Positions 35,774-45,829 of a stretch of 64,000 nucleotides of DNA are shown piece after piece. Under the pieces are notes generated by a model, which ran no database searches, was not told where the DNA came from, and worked only from the letters and a program-made list of their open reading frames with translations. The DNA is from a virus, in the IMG/VR virus record IMGVR_UViG_3300033405_000004, positions 93,323 to 157,322 of that record; one strand, given 5' to 3'. Within the stretch, counting starts at the first letter, position 1. Each line of letters opens with the position of its first letter. The position numbers and the translations under genes are program-made.

Positions 35774-37738
35774 TTAATACTCCTTTTCCTCGGTGTCGAT
35801 GGCCGCGGGGGTCAGCGTCTCGCCCATCAGCCTGTAGAGTTCGGTCTCGTCGATGATCTTCACGCCGTGCTTCTCGGCGGCCAGCTTCTTGTTCTGGCCG
35901 GGGGCCTCGCCTACGACTAGGTACGAGGTCGTCTTCGTCACGCTGTTCTTCACGAGGCCGCCCTTGGCCTCGATCTTGGCGGCGACCTGGTCGCGCCCGC
36001 CGCTCACAAGCGTGCCGGTGATCACGAAGCTCAAGCCGGCCAGCGTCTTGTCGGTCCCGGCCTCGTCCTCCAATGTGAAGCCGAGGGTTTCAAGCTCCGT
36101 GAGGTCGTCGGCCATGTCCGCCATGCCCACCATTAGCCCCCGAGTGCGGACGGGGCCGTACAGGAACGTGATCTCCTTGAAATGTGACGCGATGTTCCGC
36201 ATGGAGCCGTATCGCTGGGCCAGCTCCTTGCTGATCGTGGAGCCGACGCCGTCGAAACCGCAGGCGTGCAGCTTGCGCCAGAGGGGGGCCTTCTTGACCC
36301 GTTCCCGCTCTGCGAGGAACTTCGCCGCGGCGGCGCCCTTGAGGCAGGAGAGCACTGCGGCGTTGGGGAGCCTGAAAAGGTCGACCAGGCGCGCGACCCC
36401 GGCCCCCTCGAAGAGGGCGCGGATGGTGGCCTCGCCGCAGCCGTCCCAGTCGAGGCAGGTCTTGCCGGTCGCGTGGATGAGGTTCCCTTCGATCTGCGCC
36501 GGGCAGTGCTCGCGGTTGATGCAGAACCAGTGGACGCCGTTGCGCTGGAGCGGGGCGCCGCAGCTCGGGCAGTCCGCCGGGAAGGTCCACGGTAGCCGAT
36601 CGGGCATCGCCTTCTTGGCGATGCCGACCACCCGCGGGATGACCTCGCCCGAGCGCTCGACCCACACGTCGTCGCCGACGGCCGGGGAGCCGATGCGCTC
36701 CATCTCGTCCTGGTTCATCAGGCTGGCCGCGGTGACCGTGGCCCCGCCTAGGACGACGGGGGCGAGGACGGCGTTCGGGCAGACCTGGCCCGTCTTGCCG
36801 ACGGTCGCGACGATACCGCGGAGCAGGGTGGCCTTGCGCTCCGGCGGGAACTTGAAGGCGACCGCCCACTTCGGGGCGTGCGTGCCCTCGCCCAGTTCGC
36901 CGCGCAGTTTGAGGTCATCCACTTTGAGGACGACCCCGTCGGTGTCGTAGTCGAGCCGGTCACGGGCCTTGTCGAAGGTCTGAATGTGCTGGAACGCCTT
37001 GGCGGCGGGCACCGTAATCCAGCTGGGGACGTCGAAGCCGAGGGCCTGTAGCCGGGCCACCGCGCCGCTGTCGGAGGTCAGCCCGTTGGTGCTGCTGGCC
37101 CAGTAGGCAAGGAAGTCCAGCCTGCGCTTGGCGGTCTCGGCAGGGTCCTTCTGCTTGAGGGAGCCGCTGGCGGCGTTGCGCGCGGTCTTGAGGAGGTCGT
37201 CGCCCGCCGCCGCCCGCTCCTCGTTGAGCCGGGCGAAGACGCTGCGGCGCATGTAGCACTCGCCCCGGACGTGGAAGGTTAGGGGGAGGGTCAGCGTCTG
37301 CGGAATGGACTCGATGGTGCGCGCCTGCTCGGTCACGTCGTCGCCCTCGCGGCCGTTGCCGCGGGTGACGGCTTGCGCGAACTGGCCGTTGACGTAGCTG
37401 AGGTCGAGGGAGAGGCCGTCGATCTTGGGCTCCTCGATGACGAGCAGGTCGGGGTCCTTGAAGAACTGGAGGATCTCGGCCTCGGTGAAGATGTTGTCGA
37501 GGCTCAGCATCGGCGTGGCGTGCCTCACCTTCTGGAAGCCGGGGGCGAGGTCGCTGCCCACGTCCCGCGTCGGCGAAGTCGGGTCGTCGATGCCGAGCTC
37601 TGCCTCCATCGCGGCGAGGCGGCGCGCGAGGGCGTCGTACTCGAAGTCGGTGATGGTGGATGCGCTGTGGACGTAGTAGGCCTTGCGGGCGTCCTCGACT
37701 TGCTTGCGCAGCTTTTCATATTCGGGCGTCGTTGGCAT
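35774..37738 (-). CDS. ligA: NAD-dependent DNA ligase
   Basis: YY..ITDFEYD, MLSLDN, EPKIDGLS, TRGNG, DGVVLK, Zn finger, BRCT. Confidence 0.96.
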   Translation of the reverse strand: MPTTPEYEKLRKQVEDARKAYYVHSASTITDFEYDALARRLAAMEAELGIDDPTSPTRDVGSDLAPGFQKVRHATPMLSLDNIFTEAEILQFFKDPDLLVIEEPKIDGLSLDLSYVNGQFAQAVTRGNGREGDDVTEQARTIESIPQTLTLPLTFHVRGECYMRRSVFARLNEERAAAGDDLLKTARNAASGSLKQKDPAETAKRRLDFLAYWASSTNGLTSDSGAVARLQALGFDVPSWITVPAAKAFQHIQTFDKARDRLDYDTDGVVLKVDDLKLRGELGEGTHAPKWAVAFKFPPERKATLLRGIVATVGKTGQVCPNAVLAPVVLGGATVTAASLMNQDEMERIGSPAVGDDVWVERSGEVIPRVVGIAKKAMPDRLPWTFPADCPSCGAPLQRNGVHWFCINREHCPAQIEGNLIHATGKTCLDWDGCGEATIRALFEGAGVARLVDLFRLPNAAVLSCLKGAAAAKFLAERERVKKAPLWRKLHACGFDGVGSTISKELAQRYGSMRNIASHFKEITFLYGPVRTRGLMVGMADMADDLTELETLGFTLEDEAGTDKTLAGLSFVITGTLVSGGRDQVAAKIEAKGGLVKNSVTKTTSYLVVGEAPGQNKKLAAEKHGVKIIDETELYRLMGETLTPAAIDTEEKEY

Positions 37739-38165
37739 AAGGGGTTGGAATCGCTGGGGTGGTTGCGTTGTCGTCGCTGCACCGCGCCGCATGGTCGCGG
37801 GCGTACTGGTTCGGATACTGCCTTTTCAAATCCCAAGGTTCTAGTGCATCGGGACCTTCTTTGTCGCGACGATAGCCCTCCTCATCTAGCGCATCCATTC
37901 GTGCGTTGTTGCGGGCGATTTCTGCGTTTATTTCTGCATGTCTTAGGGCAGCTGGATCGGGTGGGCACGGTCCGGTTCCGTGCATCTGGTGATAAATCAC
38001 TAAGCTTACGAAGAGGAACGTGACAATGATGGTGGCGGTAGGGTAGCCTGTTACACTTCCGATCACTAGGACGAGGAGAAGGCCTACGGACCCGAAGACT
38101 ATTAACGCGATCATCTCCTGCCAGAGGAGGCAGCCGACGATGAAGAAGAGGAGGAACTCCAGCAT
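37716..38165 (-). CDS. Low-GC membrane protein
   Basis: Hydrophobic N-terminus, has its own sigma70-like promoter. Confidence 0.6.
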   Translation of the reverse strand: MLEFLLFFIVGCLLWQEMIALIVFGSVGLLLVLVIGSVTGYPTATIIVTFLFVSLVIYHQMHGTGPCPPDPAALRHAEINAEIARNNARMDALDEEGYRRDKEGPDALEPWDLKRQYPNQYARDHAARCSDDNATTPAIPTPYANDARI

Positions 38166-38172
38166 GGCGGGG

Positions 38173-38200
38173 ATTATCGACTATTCTGCTCAAATGTAAA
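38173..38200 (-). promoter_or_regulatory. Host sigma70-like promoter TTTACA-N16-GATAAT, 7 nt before the ATG
   Basis: Direct sequence match. Confidence 0.55.
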
Positions 38201-38274
38201 CAAAAAATGTCGTAAACTTTTTAAGGGGCCGGACGCCGAGATAGGTCTTTCGTCCCGGGGTTAGTTAGTGTGGC

Positions 38275-40788
38275 ATGCCACAGCAGGACCTCAAATCTGT
38301 GAATCAGGACATCGAGTCACAGGCTCGCCTTTGGGGCCTCGTCGGCGGCTCGCTGAGCATTATCGGGGTCAGGTTGGCCCAGAACGTCACGCTGCAGAGC
38401 ATTTTCAGCAAGAACGTCACCGCCGAGCAGAAGCTTACCGAGGAGCTGGCTAAGATCGATAGCCAGCGTAAGCGGACGAGTGACGCACTGATCGATGCGG
38501 AAGAGAAGCGACTGCAGTACAAGAAACTGGAGCGGAGACTCAACAAGCAAATCCGTGAAGAAACTGACCCGGATAAATTGCTTCTAAGGGAGTCCCAGAG
38601 AATCGCCAATACAAGGCTGCTTGAGGATGCTATAAATAAACAACTAGAGCTCAAGCAAAAGGCAGCCGACTTGGACATCGAGTACGCTGAGAAAGCGGCT
38701 GGCACGCGGCAGGCGCAGCTTGAGGATCAAATGAGGATGGTCGCCAAGCAGATGGCCCTCCCGCTGCTCGCCATCCGCACGGTCACGCTTTCGAGCTGGG
38801 ACTTCAACAGGAGCCTGATGCAGGCCAACAGCGCCCTGGAGGCGCGCAACGACCTGTACGGCTCGGCGCTCCAGGTCCAGGCCAAGCTCGGCGTCGACGC
38901 GAAGGACATGGCCGACGTGTACGCCGCCATGCGCAACCAGGGGCAGCTCTACTTCACCAGCCTGGGGGCGGCCGCCCGCACCTCGCAGTCCTTCCGCGAC
39001 GTGCTCGGTGACCCGCGGGTCCACGCCGAGCTGGCGAGGAACGCCACGGTGCTCGCCCGGATGCACGAGGCCCTGGGCGTTTCGGTCGAGAGTGGCGCCG
39101 AGCTCCTCGGCATCAGCCACGCGCTCGGCATCTCCTTCCAGCAGCTCGGTGACACCATCGCCACCGTCGCCGACAACACCTCGGTCACGGCCCAGCAGGT
39201 TGCCGACATCGCCAGGGCCATCGGGCGCGTCGCCTACGGCTACGGCATGCGCGGCGCTGACGTGGCGGGCACGACCCAGCTCATTGCCGCCTTGCAGGAC
39301 CAGCTCCAGATTCTCGGCGTCGACGCCCGCGACGTGGCCGTCAACCTGGTGACCAGCCTGAGCGATGTCAGCAAGCTCGGCGGCCTGGGCGTGATGTTCG
39401 GTGGCGGCCCGGGCCTCGCCGGCGAGGGGCCGGAGCGCGTGAAAGCGGTGCTGGGTAACATCGGCGGGTTCCTGACGCAGTTCCAGAACAACCGCTGGGT
39501 CTTCCCGCAGATGGCTCAGATGTTCGGCCTGACTGCCGACCAGGCGAAGGCCCTCATCGAGTCGATGCCCAAGCTCAATCAGGCCGAGGACGCCCTTCAG
39601 CAGAATCGGATCAGGCTGGAGCAGCGGTACAAGAACCAGTCCGAGGCCACCAACAAGGCGTTCCTCCAGTTCTACAATAGCCTCAAGGCGCTGCTCGTCG
39701 AGGCGCTCACGCCGCTTATCCCGCTCGTTCAGTGGCTCGCGCGCCAGTTCGACGCGCTAAGGGAGGACGTCGTTTCGTTCAAGGGCTGGCTGTCGCCGAC
39801 GGCCAAGAGCCTTTTGGCACTCGGCATCCAGGGCGGTTTTCTGCTTCTCACTGTTACGAAGCTTGTCCAGGCCTTCAAAATCCTGGCCGAGGGCGGCGTG
39901 CTCATGAAGCTGGTGCACTTCGTCGCCACTCTCATCGGTTTCGGCGGGGTCGCCGGGGTTGGGAAGACCGTTGCCACTGCCGCCACGGGCGCCGCAGGCG
40001 CCGGAGCGGAGCAGGCGCTTTCCGGGCCGGCTCTGGCCAAGACAGGGTTAAGCCTGATGAGACTGCTCAGGCTCCCCTCGCTCGGTGCGACTTTGGTCGA
40101 GCTGGCGGGCGGCATAATCCCCGCGATTTTGCTCGGCGCAGTCGTCGCCGCCGCCCTGGCTGTGATCGCCGGCGTGATTTACAAGGTCCTGCAGCAAAAG
40201 CATAAGCTGGAGGAGCAGGCGGAAGCCCAGCATAGGGAGCGGTTGCAATGGGGCCCTGAGTGGATGGCGAGGACCACCCAAAGGCTCAACGACGCCCTCT
40301 TCGCGCAGGGGCGGCACGGGCCGGGCGCGTTCACAGGGTTTCGGGAGCAGATGGAGCGGCTGTTCGGTGGCGGGGAGGCCGGTGCCGTTGCGAAGCAGAT
40401 CAAACTCGGCTACCTCGACCCGAAGCAGGGTCTTTTGATGGAGCAGCAGGCGGAGAACTTCCTCCTGATTAGGCAGAGCACCAACGAGGCCAACCTCCGC
40501 AACAGGCGCATGTCCCACCAGGAGCAGGAGGCGCTCCGCGAGGAGAACGCGCAGATCATCGCCCTGTTGGCCGAGCTCCGCGGGTTCGCTGGGCAGAACA
40601 CCGAGGTCTACGCCAAGATGCTTCGCACGATCGTGAACCAGGAAAAGACCCTCAAGGACGCCGCGGACGAACAGGCCGCGAGCCACTTCGGCGAGTTCAT
40701 GAACGAATGGCTAAACCCCCGGAACGTCGCGATGCGTACGGGCTCAGTGCCCCTCGTGATGGCTGGCATGCGTACTGAATGGTGGTGA
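38275..40788 (+). CDS. Tape measure protein
   Basis: 837-aa helical A/L/Q-rich protein with hydrophobic segments, followed by a baseplate gene. Confidence 0.8.
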   Translation: MPQQDLKSVNQDIESQARLWGLVGGSLSIIGVRLAQNVTLQSIFSKNVTAEQKLTEELAKIDSQRKRTSDALIDAEEKRLQYKKLERRLNKQIREETDPDKLLLRESQRIANTRLLEDAINKQLELKQKAADLDIEYAEKAAGTRQAQLEDQMRMVAKQMALPLLAIRTVTLSSWDFNRSLMQANSALEARNDLYGSALQVQAKLGVDAKDMADVYAAMRNQGQLYFTSLGAAARTSQSFRDVLGDPRVHAELARNATVLARMHEALGVSVESGAELLGISHALGISFQQLGDTIATVADNTSVTAQQVADIARAIGRVAYGYGMRGADVAGTTQLIAALQDQLQILGVDARDVAVNLVTSLSDVSKLGGLGVMFGGGPGLAGEGPERVKAVLGNIGGFLTQFQNNRWVFPQMAQMFGLTADQAKALIESMPKLNQAEDALQQNRIRLEQRYKNQSEATNKAFLQFYNSLKALLVEALTPLIPLVQWLARQFDALREDVVSFKGWLSPTAKSLLALGIQGGFLLLTVTKLVQAFKILAEGGVLMKLVHFVATLIGFGGVAGVGKTVATAATGAAGAGAEQALSGPALAKTGLSLMRLLRLPSLGATLVELAGGIIPAILLGAVVAAALAVIAGVIYKVLQQKHKLEEQAEAQHRERLQWGPEWMARTTQRLNDALFAQGRHGPGAFTGFREQMERLFGGGEAGAVAKQIKLGYLDPKQGLLMEQQAENFLLIRQSTNEANLRNRRMSHQEQEALREENAQIIALLAELRGFAGQNTEVYAKMLRTIVNQEKTLKDAADEQAASHFGEFMNEWLNPRNVAMRTGSVPLVMAGMRTEWW

Positions 40789-40790
40789 AG

Positions 40791-41837
40791 ATGGCTGCCC
40801 CCTACACACAGCCTTGGCCCCTGGCCACCCCGCATCGCAAGCGGGTCTTCGCCCAGTTGAGGAGCTGGGTGATGTCCGGTTCATCGTCGGGCGACTCGGT
40901 GAACGAACCCGCGAACGGCATCGTCATCAACTTCCCGGCCATGCCGGACGTCATCGAGCTCGCCCGCAAGGCCAACTACTCCAACGTGGCGTCAAACTCC
41001 CCGGCCAGCCCCGACGGGTTCCACATCTACAAGAACACGGAGCCGCTAAAGATCCCGATCAAGTTCTCGGCCCACTCCTTCGACTCGGACTTCACCGGGG
41101 ACGACGGCCCGGTCGCGCTGCTGCAGATGGCCGCCCGGCTGCACACCCTTACCGTGCCCGTCCTTTCGAGCACGGCCACGCGTGGCGGGGCTACCGGCCT
41201 CGTGTCGACGCCGTCGTCGCCGCCCACCGCGCCCTCCGCCCCGCCGGTGAGTACTGAGATCCCGGCGAAGACCCAGCCCGCCACCAACGTCCAAAGCGAG
41301 GACGTGACCGCCCAGAACGCGACGGACCAGTACGTCTACTTCCCCGTCCCGTGCATCCTGAACATCATGTTCGCCAAGTGGCGGGGCGTCGAGTACGGAA
41401 TCTACTGCTCCGGGTTCGTCGAGGACGTCGCCGTGACCCTGCGCGGCCCCTGGCTGCAGGGGCAGGCGGCAGGCAGGGATCTCGACGATCTGAGGAACAT
41501 GCCGTCGATCGTGGACTACGCGTTCACCTTCGTGTACCAGCCCGGTTACACGAACAACTTCCTCGGCGGGCAGGTCAACGCCAACGTGGCGAACCAGCTC
41601 ATGCTCCAGACCATGGCGAAGGACATCTACCAGCGTCTCTTCAACCAGATCCAGTTGGACAAGATTAGCACCGCCTTCGGCGGGATCACGCCGATCACCG
41701 CCGTGGACATCACCGGCGTCCAGCTCCAAGGGCAAATCACGGGCAAGCCGCCGGCCGACTCCTACACGCCCGGTGGAGCCATCATCACACCGGGGGGCCT
41801 AACGATAAACATGGCCCCCTCGGCGCCAACCGGATAA
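40791..41837 (+). CDS. Baseplate/tail-tube initiator-like protein
   Basis: Follows the TMP. FPVPCIL..GFVEDVAVT..PW pattern. Confidence 0.65.
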   Translation: MAAPYTQPWPLATPHRKRVFAQLRSWVMSGSSSGDSVNEPANGIVINFPAMPDVIELARKANYSNVASNSPASPDGFHIYKNTEPLKIPIKFSAHSFDSDFTGDDGPVALLQMAARLHTLTVPVLSSTATRGGATGLVSTPSSPPTAPSAPPVSTEIPAKTQPATNVQSEDVTAQNATDQYVYFPVPCILNIMFAKWRGVEYGIYCSGFVEDVAVTLRGPWLQGQAAGRDLDDLRNMPSIVDYAFTFVYQPGYTNNFLGGQVNANVANQLMLQTMAKDIYQRLFNQIQLDKISTAFGGITPITAVDITGVQLQGQITGKPPADSYTPGGAIITPGGLTINMAPSAPTG

Positions 41838-41844
41838 AATCGCG

Positions 41845-43782
41845 TCAGTCCCAGTGGTAGCTGGTGTCGCCCGCCGCCGACTTCTCGGCCACGAGCACGT
41901 GGTGGGCGTAGTTGGCCGCCTCCGGGTGGTGGTCCACCACGAAGGTCAGCAGCCCCTCCGTCTCGGCCTGCGCCCGGAGGTACTGGTACACGTTCCGGCG
42001 CACTTGCGGGTCCTGCGTGTTGATCACCTCGTCGAACCAGCGCCACGCCACGCGCCGGCTCAGCCGCCCCACGGTCGTCTGGGTCTCGGCCAGGATGAGG
42101 TTGGCCAGCCCCGACTCGCCCTTGCTGTTCCCCTGGAAGCGGGACGCCCCGAAGCGGTTCTCCACCCGCGTGACCAGCTGCGGCTTCTCCACGCCGCTCG
42201 CCAGCTCGGTCGTGGCGCTGAACTGCACGTCGAGTGCCCCGCCCGTCATCGTCAGCGAGGTCAGCTTCGCCGCCTCGTTCAGCGGCCGGATGGCCTGCCG
42301 CAGCACCATGTTGGGGATGCCCGTCGGGCTGAAGGCCTTCGCCCAGTAGCCGACGTGCGCGGCTTCCAGATCGGCGGCCGTTGCGTCTCGGGCTCGCGCC
42401 TCCGCGCTCTCATGGGCGCGGGCCTTGGCCTGTCCCCGCTCCTGGAGGACGGCGCGGGCCGCGGGCGCCCGCTTCTCCTCTGGTTCGGCTAGCGCCCGGT
42501 CGAGGTCTCTGCGCGCCTCGGCCGCCACGGCCTCCAAGTCGTCGTGCTCGCGCTCCAGCGCCTCGTATTGGCGGCTCAGGTGGCCCGTGTCGCTGGCGCC
42601 GTTCCGCCTCGCCTTCTGGCGGGCTTCGTCCTGGGCCTGCTCCAGCTTCCTGACGTCGGCCCTCGCCGTGTCGAGCTGGCCCCGGGCGGCGGCGAGGTCG
42701 GCGTGGAGCTTGGCCGCGTCGGCCTTGGCGCGGGAGACCTCCGCGAGCTTCGGGCGGTTCGGCAGCGGCTGGCCGCACTTGGGGCACACGCCGTTGTACT
42801 CGGATTCGATGTCCTTGAGCTGCTGTTGGGCGTCGCGGCTGAGCGGGTCGAGGCGCGAGACTTCCTCCTGCCAGCCGTCTCGGTACGTCCTGGCCGTGGT
42901 GAGCTGCGAAAGTGTTTGTGAGACGAGGTGCTCGGCCTCGCGGTACGCGACGTCGGCCTGGGCCACGGCGAGGTCGATCTGCTTGCGCAGCTTGCGCATC
43001 TCCCCCGCCGCCGCCTCCGACTTCCTGGTGGCCGCCGCATGCGCCTGCTCGATCGCCGCCAGCCGCTCCGCCCTCCGCTTCGCGGCGGAGGCGTCGGTGG
43101 CCTCGGCCTCGGCCAGGTTCTCTTTCGCCGCCTCGATGAGCGCGTCCGCGTGGGCGCACTCCTCGCGCGCCACGGCCAGCATCTCCCTGGCCCGCGCCGC
43201 GACCTCCTTCAGCCGCTTGGCCTCCTGGTCGGCCCGCGCCCGGCAGGCGTCCCAGTTCGGCTGCGCCAGGGCCTGCATCAGCAGCTCCACCGACTGTGCC
43301 TGCGAGAGCTTGTTGAACTTGAGCCGCTCCCCGTCGAGGAACACGGACCAGCTCGCCAGCTCGGCCGACACGCCCGTGAGGGCGTCGAGCTCGGCCCGCG
43401 TCTCCTCCAGCCGGGGCCGCTCCGTCGTCGCCCCGTCGAAGTGGAAGCGCAGCCCCTCCCCGGTCGGGCTGAGCTCGGCGCACTTCCAGCCCTGCTCCAC
43501 GACCAGCTCGCGGCCGCGCAGCGAGGCCTCGACCCGGACGTAGGTGTCGCCCTCCTCGTCCGTCGAGTACCAGCCGAGGTTCGTGTACTTGCCGTCGATC
43601 CCGAAGAGGCTCCTCGCCAGCGCCTCGCCGAGCGAGGTCTTCCCCGCCCCGATGGATTCGAACTTGCCGACGTTGGTCAGGTTGCGCCCGCGCACGAGCA
43701 CGAATCCGCTTTCGGGGAACTGGACGGTCGCCTGGCGCACGCGCTGCCAGTGCCTGATGGTCACGCTCTTCAGTCTTAGCAC
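41845..43782 (-). CDS. SbcC/Rad50/gp46 recombination ATPase
   Basis: GAGKTS, CPKCGQ hook, SKGE, WFDE, VVDH. Confidence 0.92.
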   Translation of the reverse strand: MLRLKSVTIRHWQRVRQATVQFPESGFVLVRGRNLTNVGKFESIGAGKTSLGEALARSLFGIDGKYTNLGWYSTDEEGDTYVRVEASLRGRELVVEQGWKCAELSPTGEGLRFHFDGATTERPRLEETRAELDALTGVSAELASWSVFLDGERLKFNKLSQAQSVELLMQALAQPNWDACRARADQEAKRLKEVAARAREMLAVAREECAHADALIEAAKENLAEAEATDASAAKRRAERLAAIEQAHAAATRKSEAAAGEMRKLRKQIDLAVAQADVAYREAEHLVSQTLSQLTTARTYRDGWQEEVSRLDPLSRDAQQQLKDIESEYNGVCPKCGQPLPNRPKLAEVSRAKADAAKLHADLAAARGQLDTARADVRKLEQAQDEARQKARRNGASDTGHLSRQYEALEREHDDLEAVAAEARRDLDRALAEPEEKRAPAARAVLQERGQAKARAHESAEARARDATAADLEAAHVGYWAKAFSPTGIPNMVLRQAIRPLNEAAKLTSLTMTGGALDVQFSATTELASGVEKPQLVTRVENRFGASRFQGNSKGESGLANLILAETQTTVGRLSRRVAWRWFDEVINTQDPQVRRNVYQYLRAQAETEGLLTFVVDHHPEAANYAHHVLVAEKSAAGDTSYHWD

Positions 43783-43846
43783 GCCCTGTAGAACCGTTGC
43801 GATGGCGTAAACATTTATTGTGGCGGCCCGGCCCCGTAATTAGGGC

Positions 43847-44275
43847 ATGCCAAGCCTTGTCGTACGCCGCCTGATGGAGGATGACGCCGTCCCGCTTCCC
43901 GCCGCCGTGGTGCCCGCATGGCGCCGCAGCCGGAGGCGCGGTCGCAGGCGCCCCGTCGCCGAGGCCTACGGGCGGCAGCAGGACATGCGGTTCGACTGCG
44001 ACGCCCGCGTCGAGGTCTGGGTCACCCAGGATGACCTGGAGGATGACCAGCGCATCGCCGCGATCAAGGCGGAGAACATCCCGCTGGAGCAGAAGATCCC
44101 CAAGGCGAAGGCCGTCGCCGCGCAGATCGCCGGGGAGCACCTTTCCGAGTTCGAGGGTGCGGGCAACCGCGCCGGCTACGCTGTCGAGGTTACTGCGGAC
44201 ACGTCCCCGACCAACGTCAACGTCGACAGGATCGACTGGGTCGGGCTTCTGGAGCCCCGGTCGGAGGAGGAGTGA
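43847..44275 (+). CDS. Putative virion-internal protein
   Basis: TAATTA-N4-ATG, VVRRLME tag, VAEA site. Confidence 0.7.
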   Translation: MPSLVVRRLMEDDAVPLPAAVVPAWRRSRRRGRRRPVAEAYGRQQDMRFDCDARVEVWVTQDDLEDDQRIAAIKAENIPLEQKIPKAKAVAAQIAGEHLSEFEGAGNRAGYAVEVTADTSPTNVNVDRIDWVGLLEPRSEEE

Positions 44276-44278
44276 CGT

Positions 44279-45283
44279 GTGGCCTACCTCTGCGAGCGCC
44301 TTAGTTTCGACACGCTGTTCCGCCTGAGCGAGCCCAAGCGGGTGGCCCGCTCGGCCACCGTCCGCTCCAAGCAGACGCCTGTCCTCGGCCAGGTCTCGGC
44401 CAACCAGGATGAGGCGGCCTACACTTTCCGGTTTCGTTCCTACCCGTCCACCACCGGCCGCACCCACCGGGGCTTCATCCGCTTCTTCCGCCCGCGCAAC
44501 CCGCGCACCCCGCTGGAGAAGCTCGACTGCGAAATCGACTGCGCCTGCCCCGACTACCGCTACCGCTGGGCGTGGGCCAACAAGCAGCGCGGCTCCAGCC
44601 GCGTCGGCCCCCGCTCGCTCAACCAGGCGTGGAACCGCGCCCCTCGGATCACCAACCCGACCGCCCGGCCTGGCCTCTGCAAGCACCTCCTGGCCCTGCG
44701 CGATCATCTCTATGGCCAGATGGTGAGGTTCGCGGCCGCGCGCCCGCGGGCTGAGGAGGAGGCCCCGGTGAGTGGTGAGGAGCACATGCAGAACTTGGTC
44801 AAGGAACTGAATCGGCAGGCCCAGTGGCGGCTGGCTCAGCGGCGCCACCGCGAGCGCGAGGCGGCGGCGACGCACGCCGCGGCCCTCGCCGCGGCCCCGG
44901 TCGTCCCCGTCGGCCCCGCCATGCAGCGCACGGTGGCTACCCGCTTCATTCGACCTGAGTCTCTGGACTCGGTAGTTAGGGGCATGAAAAGCTTGCTCGA
45001 AGAGCGCAAATTGGTTCAGGGTCTGCTCCGCGAAGCCGAGGGCGCCGTCGAAGTCGACGACGATGATGCCGGCCCCGGCTTCGGCCTTGAGGCCGCCGAG
45101 CCCGAGGTCTCCGACGAGTCTGAGATCGTGGCCCTGCTGCGCGACATCCTTGCGGCCATCGTCCGCCTGGGCGGGGATGAGGAGGGGCCCGGCGAGGAGG
45201 GCGAGGAAGTTGAGGAACCCATCATCCCGGACGACGCCGAGGAGGTCGAGGCCGGCGAAATGCCCGATCAAACCGAAGCCTGA
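44279..45283 (+). CDS. SWIM zinc-finger protein with an in-frame nested acidic C-terminal gene (from 44984)
   Basis: CACPDYRY...CKHL. Internal TAGTTA-GGGGC-ATG. Confidence 0.75.
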   Translation: MAYLCERLSFDTLFRLSEPKRVARSATVRSKQTPVLGQVSANQDEAAYTFRFRSYPSTTGRTHRGFIRFFRPRNPRTPLEKLDCEIDCACPDYRYRWAWANKQRGSSRVGPRSLNQAWNRAPRITNPTARPGLCKHLLALRDHLYGQMVRFAAARPRAEEEAPVSGEEHMQNLVKELNRQAQWRLAQRRHREREAAATHAAALAAAPVVPVGPAMQRTVATRFIRPESLDSVVRGMKSLLEERKLVQGLLREAEGAVEVDDDDAGPGFGLEAAEPEVSDESEIVALLRDILAAIVRLGGDEEGPGEEGEEVEEPIIPDDAEEVEAGEMPDQTEA

Positions 45284-45295
45284 ACCATTCCCACC

Positions 45296-45793
45296 ATGCC
45301 CTTGGACTATTCTGGTGTCTACCCTGCGCCGCTGCTGCGGCCGACCTATGTCCAGTGCCCGCTCGTCGCGGGCTACACGACCGCCCGGCTGTACTCGCCC
45401 TACGATTTCGGCGGCTCGTCCCCCATCCCGCCGACCCCCGACCACACGGTCTTCGCCGTCCTGGAGAACACCGACCCGAACAACGCCGCGGCGGTGGCCA
45501 TCAACCAGACCGGCACCGAGTGGTCGCTCGGCACGCGCACCCTGTCGGCCTTCGGCACGATCGTCCCCGGCGGCAGGATTTCCGTGAACTGGGTGCAGAC
45601 GCAGCCCTACCTTGAGATCGCGTGCACCTGGGGCGGGCCCGCCGAGATCCGGGCGCAGATCACGTCCCAGATGCAGTGGAGCGTCCTCGGCTTCCGCAAG
45701 ACCGACCCGATGTACCCGCCGCAGCTGTGGGAGGCGAACTATTCGGCCTACCCGGCCGTGCCGCCCGTGAACGTCTACACCGTGATCCCCTGA
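45296..45793 (+). CDS. Putative structural protein
   Basis: Pro/Thr/Tyr-rich, coding bias. Confidence 0.7.
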   Translation: MPLDYSGVYPAPLLRPTYVQCPLVAGYTTARLYSPYDFGGSSPIPPTPDHTVFAVLENTDPNNAAAVAINQTGTEWSLGTRTLSAFGTIVPGGRISVNWVQTQPYLEIACTWGGPAEIRAQITSQMQWSVLGFRKTDPMYPPQLWEANYSAYPAVPPVNVYTVIP

Positions 45794-45829
45794 GTTGACA
45801 CCGGCCAAACTTTGTAAACAAATCCAGCC

